DNA of 62,970 nt, counting the filler, from Chrysochromulina tobinii (lineage: Eukaryota): assembly GCA_001275005.1 (NCBI GenBank). It is 7 parts of 7 records of this genome, joined end to end, with 100 filler letters (N's around TTAATTAATTAA, not from the genome) between each part and the next. Parts side by side here need not be neighbours in the genome. Positions count along the whole stretch, not along the records: positions 8,523 to 12,964 come from JWZX01000721.1; positions 13,065 to 22,785 come from JWZX01000722.1; 5 more parts are not named here. One strand, written 5' to 3'. A program made the translations under genes and the position numbers. The notes beneath the pieces are model-generated. The model did no database searches, was not told the DNA's origin, and worked only from the letters and a program-made list of their open reading frames with translations. Shown in pieces: positions 10,924 to 19,184 of the stretch (positions are counted from its first letter, which is position 1; each line of letters starts with the position of its first letter).

Positions 10924-11084
10924 ACACGGGCCCCGCTGTGAAGACATGCCCAAGACGACGCACCCCCCCCGCCCGGGCCCACGGGACCGCTTACGGGTCC
11001 CGCAGGGGGGAAACGCCTCAGCCCCCGCTTACGCATACCCGTCATCACACGCAGCATCGCATGTGCATGCTCTTGACTTCCCCA

Positions 11085-11191
11085 CCTGCATGCAAGTGCT
11101 CATCACGACGCCAACGCGATGCTGGACATGCCCTCGACTCCCCCTGCATGCAAGTGCTCACCACGACGCCAATGCGATGCTGGGCATGCCC
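11085..11191 (+). repeat. Two tandem 58-nt-period copies containing the intron cassette core GCATGCAAGTGCTCA(C/T)CACG
   Basis: 11085-11133 and 11143-11191 are near-identical; the core matches the 3' cassettes of the introns at 11611-11700 and 35750-35812. Confidence 0.85.
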
Positions 11192-11342
11192 GATGTAGCC
11201 GCGCCCCGTACGCCACACAGTGCGCGAAAACAGGTCCCAGCCGCAGCTGACCGTCAATCGGGCTACAGGTACAGCTGGACAGCTGTACCGCTACGCAGAC
11301 CCTCAGTCCGTCAGCACCACGGCGCGAGCGGCAGGTAGCCCG

Positions 11343-12828
11343 TCAGCACCACGGCGCGAGCGGCAGGTCGAGCGGCGGCCGCAGGTTGTCGCTGGCGACG
11401 TTGACGTCGATATAGTGCGGCCGCAAGGTGTACGCGTTGACGCTAGGCTGCGGACTCCACTCGAAGGCGCGCACGGTGAAGGTTGAGTACGGCGCGAAGA
11501 GAAACTCGTCCTCGCCGTGCACGGTGCCCATCAGTGCGGTCGATGAAGTTGACGTGGACGCAGCGGCGGTTCGGGGGCAGCGCGCCATCGAGATGGAAGC
11601 GCCAGAGCACCTGTGGGGAGAGGAAGGGGAGGACGCCGTGGTTAGCACTTGCATGCTCGATCTAGGTGGAAGCGCCATCAAGGTGGAAGCGCCATCGCAC
11701 CGGCTCCTGAAAGGGCGGCGACTGCGAGGCGGTCGCGGGCGGCAGCCGCATCAGGAATGTGTGGATCGAGACGTCCTGCTCCACGCTCGTCGCGATGAAC
11801 ATCGGGGCGCGGTACGCCTTGCCCACGGCGAAGAAGCTCTGGAAGCAGCGTGGCATGGCGCCGCCGCGGTACAGGACGTGCTCGCTCGGCCACGGGACGG
11901 GGATGCCGCCCCGGCGCGCGACGCAAAAGGTGTTGATGGCGTGGGTGCAGGTGGCGGCGTGGTCGATGGTGTCCGCGCCGTCTTCGCGTAATGCCTGGTT
12001 GAGCAGCGAGCAGAACTCGCGCCCGCGCAACGTCTCCGCCGACGTCCACAGCCGCACCGCGATGTACATGATCTGATCGGGTCGGAGGATCTCATCGACG
12101 CCGCCCTCGCCGGCCTGCAGGGCCGCCCTGAGGGCGTTGGTGCGCAGCGTCTGGAAGAATCCGACGGCCTCGGAGCGGTCGATGCCCGCGCGCTGGGCGT
12201 GTGCGAGGATGAGGCTGTGCACGGCCGCCTCGAGCTGGAAGCTGCGGGGGGATGCCGAAGGCAAGCGCACGGGCGCACGAGCAGACACACGCGCGCACGA
12301 ATAAGTTACATAGCGCCGCGATCCTAATTAGGGAGCAGGCACGCACGAGCACGAGCATTCTTCTTCTGCGCTCGGGCAATCAGTAGCAATCAGTGGCGCT
12401 CAGTGGCGCTCAGTGGTCATCGGTGCGTACAGCTGGTCGGGTCTGCGCTCGGGCTTGTTGTAGCTCTCCATGAAGCGGGACGTTGCCAGTGACGTTGGTG
12501 GGGGCGTTGGTGTGAACGGGGAAGGTGGTGGGACAGGGCAGGAGATGGCGAGGCTCGCAGCGATAGCTGCAGCAAGCTGAGCGTCTTCTGCCTCATGCTG
12601 CGCATCTGCCGCCGCCTTTGCCGCCGCCGCCTTGTCGGCCGCCACCTTCGTGGCCGCCGCCTTGTCGGCCACCGCCTTGTCGGCCGCCGCCTTGTCGGCC
12701 GCCGCCTTGTCGGCCGCCGCCTTGTCGGCCGCCACCTTCGCGGCCCCGGTCTTGTCCCACCTGTTTCGAAGCGCACGGGGAACGCACGCTGTTGGCGCTG
12801 AGCAGTGGCGCCCATCACGGCGCGTCAT
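11343..12828 (-). CDS. Mono-ADP-ribosyltransferase (R-S-E/ARTC clade) with an upstream ubiquitin-interacting motif; 5' end unresolved, one +1 frameshift near 11528
   Basis: Motifs [43 protein letters not shown]-like [13 protein letters not shown] after (KAAAD)n; introns 12242-12430 and 11611-11700 join the frames. Confidence 0.8.
11611..11700 (-). other. Spliceosomal intron, exon-duplication plus cassette B type
   Basis: GTGCGA...CCCCACAG; its first 29 nt match the downstream exon start at 25/29; removal gives [28 protein letters not shown]. Confidence 0.85.
12242..12430 (-). other. Spliceosomal intron with internal (CCACTGAGCG/CTGATTGC) repeats
   Basis: GTACGC...CCCCCCGCAG; removal gives [12 protein letters not shown] in frame. 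Confidence 0.75.
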
Positions 12829-12964
12829 CGCATGCCATCAGGAAGCGCGAGGGCTTGCGAAGGGTGGTCGTGAAGATGGCAAGGCAGTCACAGAGGCAGT
12901 GGAGGCAGCAGCGCCCTCTCCGAGGACGACGGCGTGGGGCGACGGCGTGGGGCGACCGAGTGCT

Positions 12965-13064
12965 NNNNNNNNNNNNNNNNNNNNNNNNNNNNNNNNNNNN
13001 NNNNNNNNTTAATTAATTAANNNNNNNNNNNNNNNNNNNNNNNNNNNNNNNNNNNNNNNNNNNN
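12965..13064. other. Artificial contig spacer
   Basis: N-run + TTAATTAATTAA + N-run. Confidence 0.99.
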
Positions 13065-13263
13065 GCCGCCGCCGACGCCCGCGAGGAATGAGCCCGCGCG
13101 GAGCGTCGTACCTGTGAGTTATAGAATGCTTGAGATATGAAGCAGCACAACAGTATATTGTGCCATTTCTTCTACAGACTCCCTCTTCTCTCCTTCTCCT
13201 TCCTTTCCCTTCTCCTTTTTTTCTTTTAAATTTCTCCAACCGTTAGTAAAACACCGCCATATA

Positions 13264-13392
13264 AATGGAGTGACCCGAGAGAGCGAGTACTCAGTACTTG
13301 TGTTGACCGAGGGGTGCGGAGCCGTCCGTTGACCGGCTCGCTCACCTAGTTCACACCGACGTGCCGCAGAAACATTCACACCCCTGGGTGCG
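13264..13392 (+). repeat. Dispersed non-coding repeat, copy 1 (upstream of the VOC gene)
   Basis: Shares ordered blocks AATGGAGT, GAGAGAGCG, GTACTCAGTA.TTGT, AGGGGTGCGGAGC, TTCACACCGAC.TGCC and ATTCACACCC with 14472-14636; partial match at 33979-34018. Confidence 0.8.
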
Positions 13393-13489
13393 AACCCCCA
13401 AACCCGGCCATCCGTGTAAAAAGCGCCTGGGCCCTGTCGACGCGCTCGGGAGCGGCCAGGTTTCTGCACACGGTGTTTCAACCCTGCCG

Positions 13490-13861
13490 ATGAGACCGGC
13501 CATGACCTATTTCGAAATTCCCGTCACCGACATGGACAGGGCCGTCCGGTTCTACACTTCGGTATTCGGCGTGTCGCTGACCCGGGAAATCGTGGACGGC
13601 TACGATATGGCACTCTTTCCGCCGGCAGAAGACGGAGCGGGCGCGAGTGGCGCGCTGGCCAAGGGCGATGTCTATGTTCCGTCGAAGACCGGAGCGATCC
13701 TCTATTTCCGCGTCGCTTCGATAGACGACATCCTTACCCGGGCGACCGCGGCCGGCGCGGGAATACTCTATCCCAAGAAAGACATCGGCGATCTCGGCTT
13801 CGTCGCCGAGATCGAAGACAGCGAAGGCAACCGGATCGCCCTGACGCAGCAGAAGACGTGA
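13490..13861 (+). CDS. VOC/glyoxalase-bleomycin resistance family protein of bacterial type
   Basis: Intronless 123 aa: YFEIPVTDMDRAVRFYTSVFG...GAILYFRVASIDDIL...GFVAEIEDSEGNRIAL, the classic single-domain VOC pattern. Confidence 0.92.
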   Translation: MRPAMTYFEIPVTDMDRAVRFYTSVFGVSLTREIVDGYDMALFPPAEDGAGASGALAKGDVYVPSKTGAILYFRVASIDDILTRATAAGAGILYPKKDIGDLGFVAEIEDSEGNRIALTQQKT

Positions 13862-14471
13862 CGCGGCGCGCCTGAAAAGCAAAGCGCGCGGTGGTTTCCC
13901 CCCGCGCGCCTTCCAATCTCAATCCGTTCCCGGACTTACTTGCGGAAGATGGCGGCGAGCGCTGGATCTTCGACGCCGCCTTCATTCTTGCGCAGCTCGT
14001 GACGGCCGACGACCAAAGCTTGGATGCGGTAACTCTCGTTAGGAACCTACTTGACAACCTCGCTCGGTTTCTTTGCGAGGCACGAAGTGGCTTCCCTCTG
14101 CTTGCTCGCAGCAGAATGGATTGCCCGAAGAAGTCGTCATGTCGAGATTTCGACTGCGTCTTGCTTCATCCCAAGAATAGGACATGGAAGAGCAGGGATG
14201 GAGGTGGATGCAAGAAGGGTGCTGCCTGCACGCTCCTGCATCCAGATCTTCGCTGAGTTCCGATGCCGCCGAATCCCGCACTGTGGACTATATCTTACAT
14301 TGGACCTGTAACGCTCGCGCACTCTGGAGTTTCAGTCATGCATGCCAGCATCGGTTGTCGTCAGACGAAACTGTTTTTGTCTCAGTGCGCGAAACGAAGT
14401 TTCGGCAACGCCCCGGTGACATACCGTAGTCATAGAGACCAACCTCTACCTCACTATACACAAGTTGGCAT

Positions 14472-14636
14472 AATGGAGTTATCTGAGACCTGAGAGAGCG
14501 GAGCGAGTACCGGGTACTCAGTATTTGTTTTTATACCTAGGGGTGCGGAGCTGTGCGTTGAGACGGTGTGGTAAGCGCGGGGGGACCGCGACCTTATTTC
14601 ACACCGACTTGCCCGAAGATTCACACCCTCGTGCGC
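14472..14636 (+). repeat. Dispersed non-coding repeat, copy 2 (upstream of the MPP6-like gene)
   Basis: Colinear conserved blocks with 13264-13392. Confidence 0.8.
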
Positions 14637-14694
14637 GCCGCGTTCGCTCCGGTGTGTACGGTAACCCAGCTCGTGTGCTGTGCGGCCGCCCATC

Positions 14695-15420
14695 ATGAAT
14701 GCAAAACAGCCAAGCACCAACGAAAAAGGCGGCACCAGCAGTGTATCAGGCAGCGGAGAGGGCAGCGGCCCAGGAAGCGGTGGCATGCTGGGCGCGCGAA
14801 TCATGGGCCTCAAGTTCATGCAGCGGCGAGCACAGCAGCAGCAGCAACCTGGCGATGCGGTCCCGCAACCAGCCGCGGACATAAATGGTGCTGCTGCGCT
14901 GGCCCAGACCACGGCGGCACGGTCGGAGTTTGAGTGGACGGTGGAACCGGCTGCTGCCGCCGTACGGGCCGCAGCGCCAGTTCGCGTCCTGCATGAGACT
15001 GAGGCCGAGCAGCCAAATTCACGCGAGGTGCTGCTCCACTTTCGGGCCGGGCGACGCTCCTTCGGCGCCTTCAACCCACGGCTCGAGAAGCGGCTCGCTG
15101 AGATCGGCAGCAACCAGCGGACGGCTGCGGAGGAGCTCGTGAATGGGGCGCGCATCGCAGCGGAGCAGAGGCAGAAGCAGGCCGAGCGCGACGCACTCGT
15201 CAAGGCAGACGACGAGTTCGCCGCACAGAATGCCCTCTCTGATGCTTTTCTTGCCGGTCACTTTGCCGCTCGGTACGGCAAGTACGTGCCTCCACCGCCG
15301 CCTCTGCCTCGGCCTGCGCATGACGAGGCCGCGGCTGTCGAGCTACCAGTCGTGGAGAATCCGGTCCGTGTGCGCGATACGCCATTCAAACCGCCTGCGT
15401 CGAAGAAGGCGAAGCGATAA
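14695..15420 (+). CDS. MPP6: M-phase phosphoprotein 6-like nuclear exosome cofactor
   Basis: LGARIMGLKFMQR and GRRSFGAFNPRLEK motifs; C-terminal basic NLS KKAKR. Confidence 0.78.
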   Translation: MNAKQPSTNEKGGTSSVSGSGEGSGPGSGGMLGARIMGLKFMQRRAQQQQQPGDAVPQPAADINGAAALAQTTAARSEFEWTVEPAAAAVRAAAPVRVLHETEAEQPNSREVLLHFRAGRRSFGAFNPRLEKRLAEIGSNQRTAAEELVNGARIAAEQRQKQAERDALVKADDEFAAQNALSDAFLAGHFAARYGKYVPPPPPLPRPAHDEAAAVELPVVENPVRVRDTPFKPPASKKAKR

Positions 15421-15982
15421 GGGAGGCGCGCCATGGGGCCACTTCAGTGGCCCACTACGGGGGGCCACCTTGAGGAATTGTACGTTCGTTGACGTTGTCG
15501 CCCCGCGCCCGGGTGCCGCGGGCCGGATGGTGATGTGTGCGCTGCTTATGCTGGGGCGGCCTGGTCCTGGAGGCTGAGGCACACAGTTTTGCCGACCGAC
15601 CGTGGCTCCGCCTCTGTTCGTGTGAAGATCGATCGTCAAATCGCCGGCCCTTCTTGTGCCCGCACATCAGTGGTGCGGTGCGCCGGTGGTGCCGGAGGGT
15701 GCCGGACAGCCGGAGGTGGGAGGTGCATGTGTCGTGCGGCCGATGCGGGACGACGAGACAGAACGGTGACGCCCCGGTCACAGTGGCTGCGCAAGACATT
15801 TGCAAGTATATCGTTATACTTCGGCATGTATTAAAACCATGGATGAAACCGCGCTCAAGAAAGGTCGAAGCCCTGTGCGGGTCGAAGCCCGCTCAGCCTG
15901 ATGCTAGTTTGCCGTACATCCTGGGCGGGCCCGTCAGCGGGCCCCGGAGGACGACGTGAATTCTCTCTTCTTTCCTCCTCTT

Positions 15983-16864
15983 CTAATCGGCCTTGGCAGC
16001 GAAGTCGGCCTCGGCGAACTTGCCCGTCGCCTTGGCAGTTTCTGTGAGCGCGTCCACGTCCGCCGCGTCAAACTTGCCAGCCTTGGCCGCCATGTACGCG
16101 ATCGCGATGCCAAGGCCCGCTGCGAGGGCCGCCTGGCCCGCCGCCTTCTGCTCGTCCTTGCCGTGGAGGAACTCGTGCTCACCGGGCTTCTTGTTACCGG
16201 AGACATGCTCGGGGTAGGCGAATGGGCGCGTTCCCTGGGCGCCGTGCGTGATCGGGATCTGCACTACGAGGCGGTCGCCTGTCGCGTCCTTGGGCACCGC
16301 GCTCACGAGGTGCCTGCCGTTCGGGTGGCGCTCGCCGCTCTCGTCGACGTTTTGGAAGGAGAGGACCGAGCCCGGCTTTGGCGAGACGGCCACGTTCGCC
16401 TCGGGGAAGACGGTCTGGCCGGGCTTGCCCGAACCCGAGGAGCCGGTGAGGTACATGACCAGAGTTGCGTTGGGCACGACACCGTGGCGATCCTCGTCGC
16501 CATGCTTGCCAACTGCCGGCGCACCCGGAAGGTAGCGGATGATGGGCAGGCCGCCCTCGCGCAGCTTTGCGACGTCGACGTTCCACGTGTGCTCGACCTT
16601 GGCGAGTGCAGCCTCGAGGATCTCATCACCCGCAACCGCCACGTGCGTGCAGCGCTTCGAGTCGAACTCCTCAACCTGCCCAATGCACGGGAAGTATGCC
16701 GCCTCGTCCTTGGGCACCTTGGAGATGAGGTGCTCAACCGCAGCGGGCGAGAGGAAGTCGTGCGTCAGCCAGATGTTGGGCGAGGCGGACAGGCGCGAAC
16801 CGGCACCCGTAACAGGGGCGGCGAGGTCGGGCGCAGCCAGCGCTGCAAGCGCGGCCATGATCAT
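15983..16864 (-). CDS. Prolyl-4-hydroxylase-like 2OG-Fe(II) dioxygenase with signal peptide
   Basis: HDFLSP, IIRYLPG..KHGD (HxD), TLVMYL, GQTVFP, PKPGSVLSF.N and a distal His in GRHLVSAV. Confidence 0.85.
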   Translation of the reverse strand: MIMAALAALAAPDLAAPVTGAGSRLSASPNIWLTHDFLSPAAVEHLISKVPKDEAAYFPCIGQVEEFDSKRCTHVAVAGDEILEAALAKVEHTWNVDVAKLREGGLPIIRYLPGAPAVGKHGDEDRHGVVPNATLVMYLTGSSGSGKPGQTVFPEANVAVSPKPGSVLSFQNVDESGERHPNGRHLVSAVPKDATGDRLVVQIPITHGAQGTRPFAYPEHVSGNKKPGEHEFLHGKDEQKAAGQAALAAGLGIAIAYMAAKAGKFDAADVDALTETAKATGKFAEADFAAKAD

Positions 16865-17020
16865 CGCTCGCTCGGACGAGCGCAAGCGCCGCGAAGCCGA
16901 GTGTGAACATTCATCATTTACGCTTCATTCACACATTCACACTTCACAACTATGGTTCAGTGGTCGACTGACCGCAGGTTAAACCATATCTCGAAACCTC
17001 GAGACAAACCACGGCCAGCA

Positions 17021-17902
17021 CTAAGAAAAGTATCGAAGTACATGTTTCTCAATGGCGTCTGCAGCGCCGTCATCGACGTTGGTCGCGGTCACGTGCTGCG
17101 CGATGGCTTTGACTGCGTCCGCCGCGTTGCCCATGGCGACGCTGAGGCCCGCCAGCTCTAGCATGCCGATGTCATTCTCCGCGTCACCCATCGCCATCAT
17201 GTCGGCCGCCGCAATTCCCGTCCGCTCCAGCAACGCGCGCACGCCGGTGCCCTTGCTGCCGCCGCGTGGCAGTACCTCTAGCATCTCGGGCACTGCCTGC
17301 GTGATGGATGCACTGTCACCCAAGCGCGCGGCCAGCAACGGGCGGAGCTCCAGCACCCTCTCGCGTGGGGCCAAGATGATGAGCTTATTGACAGGCTCGT
17401 CGGCCGCAATCCTCTGCCAAGGGCCGGCGGCAATCGGCGTCGGATCGCGATATGCTACGAGAATGTCCGTATACTGATCGCGCTTATTGCACAGGATGCG
17501 GTCGCCACTAAACGCCGTGAGCGACCCTTTTTGCTCGGCCGCGAAATCGGCCACGTCGAGGACCACCTCCGGCGGCAGCCGCTGCTCAAAGATGAGCTCC
17601 TCGCCGCCAGGTCCGTAGACCAGCAGACCGTTCAGAAAGACGCCGGCCGCGCCCTCGCGCATGAGGCGATCGCCGATCGGCCCGAGCGCCCTATACGCGC
17701 CAGCGCGGCCGCGGCCTGTGCAGGCGCAAAATGGCACACGGTCCATGGCGCGTAGCACGGTGGAGACGGTTCGCTCACTGACTGTGTGCGCGGGCGTGAG
17801 TAGTGTGCCGTCGACGTCTGAACATATTAGCTTTGGAACGAAACCGAAGACTGGCTCGACGAGGCTCACTAGAAGAAGCATGATGGTCCCCGACGCACCC
17901 AT
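17021..17902 (-). CDS. Cof-type HAD-superfamily (IIB) hydrolase, probably organelle-targeted
   Basis: SDVDGTLL, CTGR, LEVLP.GGSKG and AMGDAENDIGML motifs; N-terminal hydrophobic leader. Confidence 0.95.
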   Translation of the reverse strand: MGASGTIMLLLVSLVEPVFGFVPKLICSDVDGTLLTPAHTVSERTVSTVLRAMDRVPFCACTGRGRAGAYRALGPIGDRLMREGAAGVFLNGLLVYGPGGEELIFEQRLPPEVVLDVADFAAEQKGSLTAFSGDRILCNKRDQYTDILVAYRDPTPIAAGPWQRIAADEPVNKLIILAPRERVLELRPLLAARLGDSASITQAVPEMLEVLPRGGSKGTGVRALLERTGIAAADMMAMGDAENDIGMLELAGLSVAMGNAADAVKAIAQHVTATNVDDGAADAIEKHVLRYFS

Positions 17903-18043
17903 TTCCCCCTCGTGAAGTCTTCGATGGCGTGAACACGTGCTGGATTGAACCTGATGCTTTCACCGAAGGGTCACGAATTCGAAACAGCACCTTTCGCAGC
18001 TGTAAGCAACTTTACGAATTTCCCGCGGGCGTGTGCGAGCAAC

Positions 18044-18715
18044 ATGATATCCGAAGCAAACAAGAAGGTGGAAGATGAGGCTGCGTTGAAGTGGGCAATG
18101 GAGGCCGCCGAGATCGCCGCTGCTGCGAGGCAAAGGGCCCTTCTCGAGGGTTTGGACCCGTATGAGGAGGCAGCGGCGGCAAGAGAGGCCATGGACGCCG
18201 GAGCATCAAAAGCAGAGGAAGAGGCGGTAGAGGCAAAAGGAGCCGGCGCTGCGGCTGCTGCGGCGGCGGAGAGAGCAGCGGCGGCGGAAACCACGGCCAA
18301 CCGCATATACGCGGAGTCGCAGGCCGCAGCGACCGCGGCGGAATCGCAGGCCAACCGCATGTACGCGGAGCGTGCGGCAGCTGCAGCAAGAGCAGTCAAG
18401 GCGGCAGACGAAGCTGCCAGGGCTGCCAAAGTGGCCGAGATGGCGGCGGCTAAAGTGACGGAGGAGGTGGCAGCGCGCAGCGCAAGAGCTGAGGCGGCAG
18501 CAAAGGAGGCAGCAGAGGCTGCCAAAGCGGCCGAGAGGGCGGCGGCTAAAGTGGCGGAGGAGTACGCAGTCAAGGCGGCAAGGGCGAGGGCGGCTGCTGC
18601 GACCAGGTCGCAATTTCCTTCAACACCCAACAAGGCCTCGGAGCATACCCGTTGGCCGGAGCATGCCTTGGAGGGTACTACGCCCGCGGCCGAATCATGG
18701 TGCACCATCGCATGA
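18044..18715 (+). CDS. Ala/Glu/Lys-rich coiled-coil protein ending in a CaaX box (CTIA)
   Basis: Open frame with AEK-rich helical repeats; C-terminus ESWCTIA*. Confidence 0.62.
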   Translation: MISEANKKVEDEAALKWAMEAAEIAAAARQRALLEGLDPYEEAAAAREAMDAGASKAEEEAVEAKGAGAAAAAAAERAAAAETTANRIYAESQAAATAAESQANRMYAERAAAAARAVKAADEAARAAKVAEMAAAKVTEEVAARSARAEAAAKEAAEAAKAAERAAAKVAEEYAVKAARARAAAATRSQFPSTPNKASEHTRWPEHALEGTTPAAESWCTIA

Positions 18716-19184
18716 ACGGCGCGGACGAATCTGCGGCTGGGGGCGCGACGAAATGCCAAAACGGGCGCGAACGTAGCTCGTCCCCGGCCGACCGTTCGGG
18801 ATTTGGCGATACCATGTGACCCGGGGGAGGAGTGGCAAGGAGCTAGACCCGAAGACGGACCTTGATGCTTGAAGTGTGTTGTGTGTCCTCTGCCGTTAGG
18901 AAAAGCTGTCTAAAAATGGTTACGCTACGCACGTTCGCGCGCACTCGCCCGATAACGGATTAAACGCGAAACATGACCCGTCGGCGCGCGACGTCGTCCG
19001 TCCGCCCCCCGGTCGAACAAGACCATAATGCGGAATCCGGAACGCAAACATCTTGTGTTACTAGCCGTCGAACTAGCCGTCACCTGCTGACGGCGGGGCC
19101 GTGATATCTGCCCACGGCCAAGTCCCCTTCGTGGTTCGAGAGGCATGGCGGAAGGAACATACTTTGTCTGTGGCCCTGCCTCGC

